Source of the DNA: Paludibacteraceae bacterium
GTDB taxonomy: Bacteria > Bacteroidota > Bacteroidia > Bacteroidales > Paludibacteraceae
Direction: 5' to 3'
Length of the DNA stretch: 64,000 nucleotides
NCBI GenBank assembly: GCA_024399655.1
Contig: JAKSNP010000006.1
Coordinates: 6,181 to 70,180 of the forward strand
Both the position numbers and the translations under genes were made by a program. This document shows positions 35,042 to 44,701 of this stretch, piece after piece; the stretch's first letter is position 1, and the number at the start of each line of letters is the position of its first letter. The notes below the pieces were generated by a model. That model searched no databases. It had not been told where the DNA came from and saw nothing but the letters and a program-made list of their open reading frames with translations.

Positions 35042-36028
35042 ATGGTAAATCAACAAAATTTTGCATTGATTGGTGCAGCAGGTTATATTGCACCGAGGCA
35101 TATCAAAGCTATTGCCGATACCGGTAATAATTTGATGGTGGCTTATGATAAATTCGACTCAGTTGGTCGTTTAGATAGTTCGTTCCCGGATTGTTCGTTC
35201 TTTACAGAGAACGAGCAGTTTGATCGTTTTTGTTCCAAACAGATGCGTACGGACAATCCGCTTAACTGGTTGTCGGTTTGTACCCCCAATTATACGCACG
35301 ACGCTTTTATTCGCTATGGCTTGCGTTTGGGCTTGAATGTTATTTGTGAAAAGCCTTTGGTTCTCAATCCTTATAATATTGACAACTTGGTTGAATTGGA
35401 ACACGAAACAGGGCACGAGGCATATACTATACTTCAACTTCGTTTGCATGAAGCGATTGCCAATCTTAAACGCAAAGTGGAGCAGGGACCAAAAGATAAA
35501 ATATACGATGTGGATTTGACATACATCACTTCTCGCGGTAAATGGTATTACAGCAGTTGGAAAGGTGATGTGCATAAATCGGGTGGAGTGGCCACCAATA
35601 TCGGTGTCCATTTCTACGATATGTTGCAATGGATATTCGGCCCTGTTCAAAAGAATATCGTTCATGTGATGAGTTTCGACCGTGTGGCCGGTTATCTTGA
35701 ACTGAAACAAGCACGTGTTCGTTATTTCCTGAGTATCAATAGCGAATGTCTGCCTCCCAATGCAGTTCAAGGTGAAAAACGTACTTATCGAACTTTAAAT
35801 ATCGACGGTGAAGAATTTGAATTCAGCGCCGGTTTTACTGAGTTGCATACCGAATCCTATAAACGCATTTTGGCTGGTCAGGGTTTCCGTATCTCCGAAG
35901 CCAGACCATGTATAGAAATCGTAAGTCAAATTCGTCATGCCGAGCCTATCGGTTTGGTGGGAGATTATCATCCTTTAGCAAAACTGCCGTTGGCTAAGCA
36001 CCCGTTTGGATGGGACGAGCGCCGATAA
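35042..36028 (+). CDS. wbpB: Gfo/Idh/MocA oxidoreductase, WbpB-like (UDP-sugar 3-dehydrogenase type)
   Basis: NFALIGAAGYIAPRHIKAI, CEKPL, ITSRGKWYYSSWKGD and ATNIGVHFYDML resemble Pseudomonas WbpB as I recall it. I take the start at 35042 because the promoter lies inside the longer track ORF. Confidence 0.75.
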   Translation: MVNQQNFALIGAAGYIAPRHIKAIADTGNNLMVAYDKFDSVGRLDSSFPDCSFFTENEQFDRFCSKQMRTDNPLNWLSVCTPNYTHDAFIRYGLRLGLNVICEKPLVLNPYNIDNLVELEHETGHEAYTILQLRLHEAIANLKRKVEQGPKDKIYDVDLTYITSRGKWYYSSWKGDVHKSGGVATNIGVHFYDMLQWIFGPVQKNIVHVMSFDRVAGYLELKQARVRYFLSINSECLPPNAVQGEKRTYRTLNIDGEEFEFSAGFTELHTESYKRILAGQGFRISEARPCIEIVSQIRHAEPIGLVGDYHPLAKLPLAKHPFGWDERR

Positions 36029-36059
36029 TGTTTTTACGATAAATCGAATTGTAAACGTG

Positions 36060-36905
36060 ATGAGAAAGAAATTTTCTGTTTGTCTATTGACTGCAATGTT
36101 GTTGGCTTGCTTGATGTCATCGTGTGTGACGTCTAAGAAAGTCAATCTCTTGCAGCAACCGACCAAGCACAATCGTATTCCTGAATATGTGGATACACTT
36201 TCGTTTGAAGATTATCGCCTTAGAACTGGCGATCGCTTGTATGTATATGTGTATTCTGTAGATGAACAGATAATGAAACTCTTCAATGCCGGAGGTACCG
36301 GGCATGGAGCGCAGATGCGTCAACAGATGTCGCAAAATAGCACGAATGAATTGTATACCTATCTCGTCTTGGATGATGGTACCATTGATTTCCCGCAAAT
36401 TGGACATGTGCAGGTGCGTGATATGACTACTCGCGAAGTGAAACAGGTGCTGGAAACAGAATTGAGTACCTTGATAAAAAACTATGGTGTGGCTAAAATG
36501 ATTTCCTGCGAAGTCAATGTAGTGCAGCGTTCCTATAGCGTTATCTCACAACGTGGAAGCGGTAACTTCCCTATCAGTAAAGAAAAACTCACCATATATG
36601 AAGCTCTTGCGCAAGCCGGAGATGTGGGTGATTGGTCTGATCGTTCCAAGGTGCGTATCATTCGTGAAATTGAAGGTCAGACGCGTGTGTTGACATTTGA
36701 CATTCGCTCAGCTGACATTATACATTCCGAGTATTACTATATCGAACCTAATGATGTCATCTATGTGCAAAAGTTGCGTGGACAAGCCTTTGGAGTATCC
36801 AATGCGGCTACTACGGTGGCAATTGTGGCATCTACATTGTCATTCGGTGGATTTATCTATGCGCTTGTAGTGAGGGTTATGAACAAAGTTAATGAAACAA
36901 AGTGA
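36060..36905 (+). CDS. Polysaccharide export outer-membrane lipoprotein (Wza/BexD-like), copy 1
   Basis: Lipobox LMSSC, the Poly_export-like motif YRLRTGDRLYV, and a later SLBB-like segment. Confidence 0.8.
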   Translation: MRKKFSVCLLTAMLLACLMSSCVTSKKVNLLQQPTKHNRIPEYVDTLSFEDYRLRTGDRLYVYVYSVDEQIMKLFNAGGTGHGAQMRQQMSQNSTNELYTYLVLDDGTIDFPQIGHVQVRDMTTREVKQVLETELSTLIKNYGVAKMISCEVNVVQRSYSVISQRGSGNFPISKEKLTIYEALAQAGDVGDWSDRSKVRIIREIEGQTRVLTFDIRSADIIHSEYYYIEPNDVIYVQKLRGQAFGVSNAATTVAIVASTLSFGGFIYALVVRVMNKVNETK

Positions 36906-36912
36906 GGAAACC

Positions 36913-37680
36913 ATGAAAATTAATAGACAAATATCATTCGTTTTTGTGAGCTTCCTGATAGCTTGTGTTTTTTCAGGTTGTTATAGTCATCGTCAGGTAG
37001 GTTTGTTGCAGGATCGTAAGCGTTTGCCGGTGTATGATTCAGTAGGATATCAGCCATATCGTTTGCAAGTGAACGATGAAATTATTTATCGTGTATTCAC
37101 TTTGGATGAAACTATTGCAAAGACGGTTCTAACCAATAGTAGTGCAGGTGCTAATTCTCAATATGCCAATTCATATCGTATTTATGCAGATGGAACGGTG
37201 GAACTACCTTTCTTGGAACCGATTCATTTAGAAGGATTGACTGAATTGGAAGCGCAGGATACTTTGACGAAATATATGCGCGAATTGATTCCCGATGCAG
37301 ATGTTAAACTGGCGCTCTATAACAAGAACTTTACCGTTTTAGGTGATATGTCACCCGGTGTACGATATATATATAAGGATAGAATGACTATTTTTCAGGC
37401 TTTGGCTATGACTGGAGATGTAATGACATCCGGTGATCGTAGGCATGTGCGGATTATTCGTCCTCACGGAAATGCTGAACCGGAAGTACTGGAATTCGAT
37501 ATTCGCACAAATACGATTATCAATTCAAAATACTATTATATCTATCCCAATGATTTGATTTATGTAAGTCGTGAACCTGCCAGTTTCTATAAGCAAACTA
37601 CTTATACCGGCTTTTTGGGATTGATTACCAGTTCGGTAAGTTTGTTGATTTCCGTTTTGAACTATATACCTAATCTATAA
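36913..37680 (+). CDS. Polysaccharide export lipoprotein (Wza-like), copy 2
   Basis: Lipobox VFSGC, YRLQVNDEIIY, and the same overall layout as copy 1 (YYYIEPNDVIYV vs YYYIYPNDLIYV). The alternative start at 36892 overlaps copy 1. Confidence 0.75.
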   Translation: MKINRQISFVFVSFLIACVFSGCYSHRQVGLLQDRKRLPVYDSVGYQPYRLQVNDEIIYRVFTLDETIAKTVLTNSSAGANSQYANSYRIYADGTVELPFLEPIHLEGLTELEAQDTLTKYMRELIPDADVKLALYNKNFTVLGDMSPGVRYIYKDRMTIFQALAMTGDVMTSGDRRHVRIIRPHGNAEPEVLEFDIRTNTIINSKYYYIYPNDLIYVSREPASFYKQTTYTGFLGLITSSVSLLISVLNYIPNL

Positions 37681-37779
37681 TTTGCAGGATGGTTTCCTCA
37701 TCAGTGGCTGCTTCTGTTAACAAAATAGAAATATAATCATTTGACAATATAAACCTGTTGCTAAAAAATACTATCAATC

Positions 37780-40323
37780 ATGTCTGATATAAAGATGCCG
37801 CAAAGTCAAGAAAGTGCTTATCAAATACCCCGTAATATAAATGCAGTTTCTGCTCCGCAAATGCCTCAGGAGGAAGAAGAGTCCAACTTCAATTTGATGG
37901 AGTGGGTGATTCGTATTTTGCATTATTGGTATTTGTTTGTAATTGCTTTGGTAATAGCCTATGGTTTGGCTTATCTGAAGAATCGTAAATGGATTCCTCA
38001 ACGAATGTCAAGTTGTACACTGATTATCAAGGAATCATCAGCATGGGGAGGACAACCAACCTCTCTGCTACAAGGCTTTGGCGTAGGTCAGGGTTATAGC
38101 AATGTAAATAACCAAATGATTATGTTGCGAAGCTATGACTTGATTGGACGTGTTGTGGATTCATTGCCCGTTTTGAATGTGGATTATATCACCCAAGGAA
38201 GATTCAAAACTCGCAATATTTATCGTCAATCGCCTATATCGGTTCAATATACTCGTTTGTCGGATGTCGCATACGGTATATTGTTCCGTTGTACCTTTAT
38301 GGAAAACGGACGTTTGTTGATTGAATCCACCGACGAACGGTATGCTTTGTCTGCAGAAACGGCTTATGGAATTCCTTTATCCACGCCATATTTTACGGCA
38401 ATGTTTTGGCCTACAGATTTCAAAGCAAAAGCAGGACAACATATATTCTTCCGTTTCCGTTCGCGTGAATCATTGGTAGATGAGTTTATTGGCCGTCTTA
38501 ATGTTCAGTTTGTTTCCAACGGAAGTACAGTTATGAGTCTATCGTTGGTTAGCGAAGTTCCGCAACGGGATTGTGAATTCCTTGATAAACTTCAAGATAT
38601 ATATCTTTTGCAGAACTTGGAACGAAAAAATAAGGTGGCAGAAAACTCCATCGCCTTTATTGATAGGCAGTTGGAGACTTTGTTGGGCCAATTGAATGTT
38701 TCGGAAGGTGCAATGACTCAGTTCCGTCAAGATAACAAATTTTCTGATGTATCTTCCTATGCAGGTACATTAATGTCGCGTTTGTCGGAATATGATCAGC
38801 AGAATATGTCATTGCGTTTGAAAGAATCCTATTTAAATTACTTGGATGAATATCTACGTAAGCAAATAGAGGATGGTGCAATTGTAGCTCCTACTTCAAT
38901 GGGAGTGACAGAACCGATGCTGACTCAATTTGTTAACCAACTCAATCGTTTGCAATTGGAACGTTCCGAGCTGACAGAGAAAAATGTATATTATGCTAAA
39001 TATACCAATGATATTGAGCAAGTTAAAGACGGTTTGGCAGAAGTAATAAAGTCGATGCGGGCTTCGTTGGATATTGAACGAAAGGAATTGCGCAATCGAT
39101 ATTCGGAAGTTGAAGGAGATATGCAAGACCTGCCGGAAAAAGAATTACAAATGGTTAGTATCGAACGTAACTATCGTATCGATGACAACTATTATACCTT
39201 CTTCTTGCAGAAACGAGCAGAGGCTGAGATTCAGAAAGCCAGCAATACGCCTGACAACGAAATCATGGACCGTGCTCGTACTACGGTCACTACCAATGCA
39301 AATGCTAAAAAGAAAACGATGACCAAAAACTTGATGATTGGTCTATTGATTCCTTTGTTGTTGATTATTCTTAGTGAATTGCTTAACGATAAAATCCGTA
39401 CGCCGAAAGAAGTGAATAAGTTAAGTAATTTCGATTTAATTGGTACATTACGCCATGCACGCAATCAAAATCCTATTTTGGTGAAGGATTCGCCCCGTTC
39501 CAGATATGCCGAAATGTTACGAACTATTCGTACTCGAATAGAATTTATCGTACAACGTAAGGTGGGCATTATGGTTTGTGTAACTTCCACCGAGTCCGGT
39601 GACGGTAAAACATTCTTCTCCACCAATATGGCAGCTTTGTATGCAATGACCGGAAAGAAAACCATTTTGGTAGACTTGGATATACGTAAACCTAATATTC
39701 ACGATAAATTAGGATTGGAAGATGGAGTAGGTATCACTAATTATTTGATTGGAGATTGCTCTTTGAATGATATTATTACTCATGATTCTTCTTATGATTT
39801 TGATATAGTCCGTGCAGGTACTATTCCTCCTAACCCGGGTGAATTGATTCACTCCGATAAATTGGCGGATCTGTTGCATCAATTGCGTGATATGTATGAT
39901 TATGTGGTTTTGGATACATCCCCCATCGGATTGGTTCCTGATGCATATTCCATTATCGAACTTTGTGATACAACCATGTATATCATTCGTTGTCTGCAAA
40001 CCAGTAAGTCAATGTGCCGTCAGACATTGGAACAATTGGCTGTAGATCATAAAGATAAGATTCATTTGATTCTTTCAGATCTACCTACTCAAGGATTCCA
40101 CAACGGTTATAATTACGGTTATGCTTACACTTATGGTTCTCGTACCGGCTATGGCTATGGTAAATACGGACGAGGCTACGGCTATGGTTATGGCTCAAGT
40201 TACGGTTCAAACTATGGTGATACCGATAAGCAACATAATTCTATCCGTTATAGATACGGACAATTGCTTCGCAGGAATAAGAAAGAGGAATTACACAATT
40301 ATTACATGGATGAAGACGAATAG
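37780..40323 (+). CDS. Polysaccharide co-polymerase / BY-tyrosine kinase (Wzc-like)
   Basis: A Wzz-like N-terminal half with two TMs and a coiled-coil. Walker A SGDGKT, A' VDLDIRKP, B VVLDTSP. The C-terminal tail is long and Gly/Tyr-rich. Confidence 0.85.
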   Translation: MSDIKMPQSQESAYQIPRNINAVSAPQMPQEEEESNFNLMEWVIRILHYWYLFVIALVIAYGLAYLKNRKWIPQRMSSCTLIIKESSAWGGQPTSLLQGFGVGQGYSNVNNQMIMLRSYDLIGRVVDSLPVLNVDYITQGRFKTRNIYRQSPISVQYTRLSDVAYGILFRCTFMENGRLLIESTDERYALSAETAYGIPLSTPYFTAMFWPTDFKAKAGQHIFFRFRSRESLVDEFIGRLNVQFVSNGSTVMSLSLVSEVPQRDCEFLDKLQDIYLLQNLERKNKVAENSIAFIDRQLETLLGQLNVSEGAMTQFRQDNKFSDVSSYAGTLMSRLSEYDQQNMSLRLKESYLNYLDEYLRKQIEDGAIVAPTSMGVTEPMLTQFVNQLNRLQLERSELTEKNVYYAKYTNDIEQVKDGLAEVIKSMRASLDIERKELRNRYSEVEGDMQDLPEKELQMVSIERNYRIDDNYYTFFLQKRAEAEIQKASNTPDNEIMDRARTTVTTNANAKKKTMTKNLMIGLLIPLLLIILSELLNDKIRTPKEVNKLSNFDLIGTLRHARNQNPILVKDSPRSRYAEMLRTIRTRIEFIVQRKVGIMVCVTSTESGDGKTFFSTNMAALYAMTGKKTILVDLDIRKPNIHDKLGLEDGVGITNYLIGDCSLNDIITHDSSYDFDIVRAGTIPPNPGELIHSDKLADLLHQLRDMYDYVVLDTSPIGLVPDAYSIIELCDTTMYIIRCLQTSKSMCRQTLEQLAVDHKDKIHLILSDLPTQGFHNGYNYGYAYTYGSRTGYGYGKYGRGYGYGYGSSYGSNYGDTDKQHNSIRYRYGQLLRRNKKEELHNYYMDEDE

Positions 40324-41615
40324 GTCTTCATTCCAACCAATCTGTCTGCTCGAGAACCGAACGGACGATAGAATACATAAATGGTATAAGTGTTTTGTGT
40401 TTGCCAATGTGACCCTTCAGTATATTGGAGGGTCGCTTTTGTATCTCCCTTAGGAATGAAGAAATACATGTAGTCGGTTCCTCCTTGCTTTACTAAAGTA
40501 TTCAGGTAATAACAATGGTGTTCATTGTCGTAACGCATACGATTGGCAGGACTATATGAATTGAGGAATAAATCTCCGCCTACATATAATGAACCGGTAA
40601 AAAGAGGATCTTGCATTGGCAATATGAAATGCACCCACATGTATTCACTTTCAATATCCGGATCGGAAGTCCGTTCAGCGTTGATTACGCGTTGTCCATC
40701 TACATCAAAATTATGAATATAGTGGTGTGTATCTATTTGATCGGTATATAAATAGGCTTGATAATCTCCCATTTCATAGCGAATCCGATCGATATTGGTT
40801 CCCGCATAATAGGTTGAGAAAATATCAAAATGGCGATATTCGTTTCCTCCTTCAAATGTAAGTTCAGGGTGATTGATCCATCTATATTTGTTGGGCTCGA
40901 TATACGAGGGTCGTGGAGAGGTAATTTTGTTATCCTCTCGATTGTTCTGAGTTACTACGAGAAATATGTCGTTCGCATTACGAGCTGGGACATCATTGGT
41001 ATTGACATCAATATTAACTTGCTGGAAACGACCTGCAATTTCACGAGTAGTTGTGGAAGATACATTGACATCGATATCAGCCAAAGGTTCTAAAACGGCA
41101 AAACATACTTCAAGTACACTATGATCTATATCTCCATCTTCGTAGACGCGCATAACATATAAGCCGGATTGGCAAAGACGCATATCTTCGTTAGGAAATA
41201 CAATTGAATAGTGGGTATAGTCTCGTTGAGTATTCATAGAGGTGGTGTAATCAATTACATCTCCGGTAGTGAAGCCATTGATGTATTCAGAACTTTGCAG
41301 GTCGCTATATTTACCGTCATGATTCAAATGGCATACGGTATAACTATATAACCGAGCATCGTGACTCATCTCATCCCAAGAGATTTCTAACGTATTTGCA
41401 GGATCGCTTCCATCCAATTCTTCATTATTTAATATTAAAAACGGACGGGTAGGTAATGAATTATTATCCACTTCGGAAAGATAGCGAACGCGTAAAGTAT
41501 AAATATCAGGGTTGTAAATGGCTGTGGTATGAACTCCGAAAGAATCGTCGGATGCCAGTGCCGTTGAGCAGATGCCCAAGGTAAAAAACAATATCAGTGT
41601 AAGGTAATATTTCAT
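40302..41615 (-). CDS. DUF5103-like protein (family of the T9SS SprA-associated plug protein)
   Basis: Signal peptide. LEISWDEMSHDARLYSYTVCHLNHDG...SEYINGF...YTHYSIVFPNEDMRLCQSGLYVMRVY matches my memory of the DUF5103 pattern. I take the ATG at 41615, since the track start at 41627 is a TTG inside the promoter. The 3' end overlaps wzc by 22 nt. Confidence 0.6.
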   Translation of the reverse strand: MKYYLTLILFFTLGICSTALASDDSFGVHTTAIYNPDIYTLRVRYLSEVDNNSLPTRPFLILNNEELDGSDPANTLEISWDEMSHDARLYSYTVCHLNHDGKYSDLQSSEYINGFTTGDVIDYTTSMNTQRDYTHYSIVFPNEDMRLCQSGLYVMRVYEDGDIDHSVLEVCFAVLEPLADIDVNVSSTTTREIAGRFQQVNIDVNTNDVPARNANDIFLVVTQNNREDNKITSPRPSYIEPNKYRWINHPELTFEGGNEYRHFDIFSTYYAGTNIDRIRYEMGDYQAYLYTDQIDTHHYIHNFDVDGQRVINAERTSDPDIESEYMWVHFILPMQDPLFTGSLYVGGDLFLNSYSPANRMRYDNEHHCYYLNTLVKQGGTDYMYFFIPKGDTKATLQYTEGSHWQTQNTYTIYVFYRPFGSRADRLVGMKTYSSSSM

Positions 41616-41624
41616 ATCTGACTG

Positions 41625-41656
41625 CAAAGGTACAAAATTTATGCCAATAAATCAAA
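41625..41656 (-). promoter_or_regulatory. Bacteroidota-type promoter of the DUF5103 gene
   Basis: On the minus strand: TTTG (41653-41656) and TACCTTTG (41625-41632), 20-nt spacer. Confidence 0.55.
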
Positions 41657-41661
41657 AAAAA

Positions 41662-41693
41662 TTTGCATAAATAAAAAAAAAGCAGTACCTTTG
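41662..41693 (+). promoter_or_regulatory. Bacteroidota-type promoter of tRNA-Thr
   Basis: TTTGCAT (TTTG = 41662-41665) and TACCTTTG at 41686-41693, 20-nt spacer, about 33 nt upstream of the tRNA. Confidence 0.6.
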
Positions 41694-41725
41694 CACCCGA
41701 TTTGAGCATAATGCATTTATAATTT

Positions 41726-41797
<72 letters not shown>

Positions 41798-41800
41798 CAA

Positions 41801-41833
41801 AAAAGGAACAAACAATGGTTTGTTCCTTTTTAT
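41801..41833 (+). terminator. Rho-independent terminator after tRNA-Thr
   Basis: AGGAACAAAC-AATG-GTTTGTTCCT followed by TTTTTA. Confidence 0.75.
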
Positions 41834-41904
41834 TTATCATTCAAACGGCATTAATAATTATATCATTGATACGAACTGACAAGTAGGTAGATATAATATT
41901 GTCT

Positions 41905-42213
41905 TTATTCGGCTGAAAATATGATGTAAGCCAAATAGATAAAGCCGGCAGCATAGACAACGATGGCCAATGGAACCAAAATAAGGAATTTTTTATGTTT
42001 TGTCTTATGACGAAATATCAACATGGCCAATAGAGCACCGATGCCTCCGCCCAGCCATGCTAACCATAGCAAACTATCTTCCGGCACCCTTCGTTGATTG
42101 GAACGGGCTTTCCATTTGTCAATGCTATATGTAATAAATGCAGCTAAGTTGACAATGGTAATGTAGATAGCCAATAATTTTATTTCTTTATCCATGTTTT
42201 TTGATTGCATCAT
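41905..42213 (-). CDS. DUF1294 membrane protein
   Basis: 102 aa. YSIDKWKARSNQRRVPEDSLLWLAWLGGGIGALLAMLIFRHKTKHKKF is the characteristic DUF1294 core. Confidence 0.8.
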   Translation of the reverse strand: MMQSKNMDKEIKLLAIYITIVNLAAFITYSIDKWKARSNQRRVPEDSLLWLAWLGGGIGALLAMLIFRHKTKHKKFLILVPLAIVVYAAGFIYLAYIIFSAE

Positions 42214-42284
42214 ATTAGGACGGTATCAAATATGATTATTATTGGCCTTAATAATAGAGTAGTATCATCTTAGACCTATATCAT

Positions 42285-42300
42285 ATTGATTATAATCAAT
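42285..42300. promoter_or_regulatory. Perfect 16-bp palindrome ATTGATTATAATCAAT upstream of the DUF1294 gene
   Basis: Read directly. It lies in the AT-rich gap between the pgi stop and the DUF1294 start. Confidence 0.3.
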
Positions 42301-42362
42301 GATGAATGTATACTCAATGAATCGTTCTAATAGTTTGATTTTAAATAGTTAGGTAGAGTGAA

Positions 42363-43676
42363 TTATAATCTGGATTTAATTAGTTTGCTTTCACGTTCGT
42401 AGCCCGGTTTGTCAAGCAATGCGAACATATTTTTTTTGTATGCTTCAACACCAGGTTGATTGAAAGGATTGATACCTAACATATATCCAGAAATACCGCA
42501 CGCAAACTCAAAAAAGTAAATCAGTTCTCCTAAATAATACTCGTTGATACAGGGTAGAGTAATAAGCATATTGGGAACACCACCATCCACATGAGCCAAT
42601 TGTGTTCCTAATTGTGCCATTTGGTTAACCTTTTCTACATGTTTGCCGGCCATAAAGTTGAGTCCGTCAAGATTGTTTTCATCATTCGGGATAATTACTG
42701 AATGGTTGGCCCGTTGAACAGAGATAACGGTTTCCATCAAGATCCGTTCCCCATCTTGGATATATTGGCCCATAGAATGCAAGTCGGTGGTCAAGTCAAC
42801 GGCTGCGGGGAAAATTCCTTTACCGTCTTTTCCTTCACTTTCACCATACAATTGCTTCCACCACTCAGCGATATAATGCAATTTAGGATTATAGTTGACC
42901 AGTAATTCAATTTTTTTGTTTTTTACCGAATAAAGGTAATTGCGAACCGCAGCATATTGTTCGGCAATAGATTCATGGGAGGCGCATTGATCGTACATTT
43001 CTTTTGCTCCGTCAATCAATTGCTGAATATCAAAGCCTGCGCATGCAATAGGTAATAAACCAACCGGTGACAATACGGAGAATCGTCCGCCGATATTATC
43101 TTCGATAACAAACGTCTTGTAGTTTTCTTGTTGCGCCAATGTTCGCAATGCTCCTTTGGCTCGGTCTGTAATACAAACAATTAGTTGTTGAGCCTTTTCT
43201 TTTCCTATCTGGTTTTCCAATTGCTGCTTGAGCAGGCGGAAAGCAATGGCCGGTTCGGTTGTGGTACCCGATTTGGAAATACAAACTATTCCGAAATTGC
43301 GATTAAGCAGTTTTTGCTGCAGTTCCCAGAGATAGTCTTCACTGATGTTGTTTCCAGCAAAGAGGACCTCCGGTCCGTTATTCTCTATTGCGAACGACGG
43401 ACTGAGTGCTTCAATTACAGCTTTCGCACCCAAATAACTTCCTCCAATTCCTATGCAAACGATGAACTCGCAGTTTTGACGAAGCATGGCAGCTGTTGAT
43501 TGAATATCCGAAATTTGTGACTGAATATCTTGGGGCAGCGAAATCCACCCCAAGAAATCATTACCAGCTCCCGTTGCATTAACGAGAGTGTGGCGGGCTT
43601 GACGTGCCAATGTTGCGAATTGCTCGCATTCATGGTCGGCAATTGCCTTGCTGTAATCAAAACTTAGTTGGTTCAT
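42363..43676 (-). CDS. pgi: Glucose-6-phosphate isomerase
   Basis: 437 aa. [27 protein letters not shown]. Confidence 0.93.
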   Translation of the reverse strand: MNQLSFDYSKAIADHECEQFATLARQARHTLVNATGAGNDFLGWISLPQDIQSQISDIQSTAAMLRQNCEFIVCIGIGGSYLGAKAVIEALSPSFAIENNGPEVLFAGNNISEDYLWELQQKLLNRNFGIVCISKSGTTTEPAIAFRLLKQQLENQIGKEKAQQLIVCITDRAKGALRTLAQQENYKTFVIEDNIGGRFSVLSPVGLLPIACAGFDIQQLIDGAKEMYDQCASHESIAEQYAAVRNYLYSVKNKKIELLVNYNPKLHYIAEWWKQLYGESEGKDGKGIFPAAVDLTTDLHSMGQYIQDGERILMETVISVQRANHSVIIPNDENNLDGLNFMAGKHVEKVNQMAQLGTQLAHVDGGVPNMLITLPCINEYYLGELIYFFEFACGISGYMLGINPFNQPGVEAYKKNMFALLDKPGYERESKLIKSRL

Positions 43677-44683
43677 AAAAGTTTTTGGGTCAGGTTGTTA
43701 ATAACAATTGTAGGTGAATGGTGGTTGTATAAGATATCAAATATGGCGTCCACAATAGGTAATGAGACTTTCAATTTCTCATTTACTTCGTGAATACATT
43801 TAGTGCCATAATACCCTTCTGCAATCATTTGCATCTCCATTTGAGCGGCTTTGACAGAATATCCCATGCCAATCATTTGCCCAAATTGGCGATTCCGTGA
43901 GAATTTGCTATATGCCGTGACGAGTACATCGCCCAAGTAGCCGCTTTGAGTCAGTTGTCGGGCATAAGCAGAAGTAGACTTATTGATTGTAACAGCGTTG
44001 GTGAATCGTTCGATTTCCTGAATGGCGTTGCTGATAAGAACCGATTGAAAATTATCACCGTAGCGTAAACTGTGGCATAATCCGGCAGCAATGGCATAAA
44101 TATTCTTCATCACGCTGGAATATTCCAAACCATCCACATCTTCACTTGGAGTGGTGTGAACATAATTATTGCTCAACAGTTCGCATAATTCAAGCGCGCG
44201 CTTACGATCTTGGCACCCGATAGTAAGATAACTGAGTCGTTCCAAAGCAATTTCCTCGGCATGGCAAGGTCCTGCCACCACAGCCAGACGCTCGTAAGGA
44301 ACATGAAAATGCTCGTGGAGGTAGTCGGTAACAATTTGGTTGATTTCAGGAATCATACCTTTGACAGCCGAGATAATCACTTTTTGTTTCAAGCTACGAC
44401 GAATTTTCTTCAGAGCCTGCTCCACATAAGGAGATGGAATAGCCAAAATAAGGATGTCGGATTCGCTAATAACGAGATTGATGTCTGTGGAAAACGAAAT
44501 CCGAGATGTATCAAACCGAGCAGCGTTAAGATAATCAGGATTTTTGCCATTTTCGAGGAAATCATCGATAGCATCCTGACGACGCATGAACCATGAAATA
44601 TGGTCCACATTCGTCATCACGATTTTTGCCAATGCTGTAGCCCAACTTCCGCCACCGAGGATAGCAACTTTTCTTTGATCCAT
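43673..44683 (-). CDS. gpsA: NAD(P)H-dependent glycerol-3-phosphate dehydrogenase
   Basis: [21 protein letters not shown]. It overlaps pgi by 4 nt. Confidence 0.93.
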   Translation of the reverse strand: MDQRKVAILGGGSWATALAKIVMTNVDHISWFMRRQDAIDDFLENGKNPDYLNAARFDTSRISFSTDINLVISESDILILAIPSPYVEQALKKIRRSLKQKVIISAVKGMIPEINQIVTDYLHEHFHVPYERLAVVAGPCHAEEIALERLSYLTIGCQDRKRALELCELLSNNYVHTTPSEDVDGLEYSSVMKNIYAIAAGLCHSLRYGDNFQSVLISNAIQEIERFTNAVTINKSTSAYARQLTQSGYLGDVLVTAYSKFSRNRQFGQMIGMGYSVKAAQMEMQMIAEGYYGTKCIHEVNEKLKVSLPIVDAIFDILYNHHSPTIVINNLTQKLL

Positions 44684-44701
44684 TTGACAGATACGATTGG
44701 T

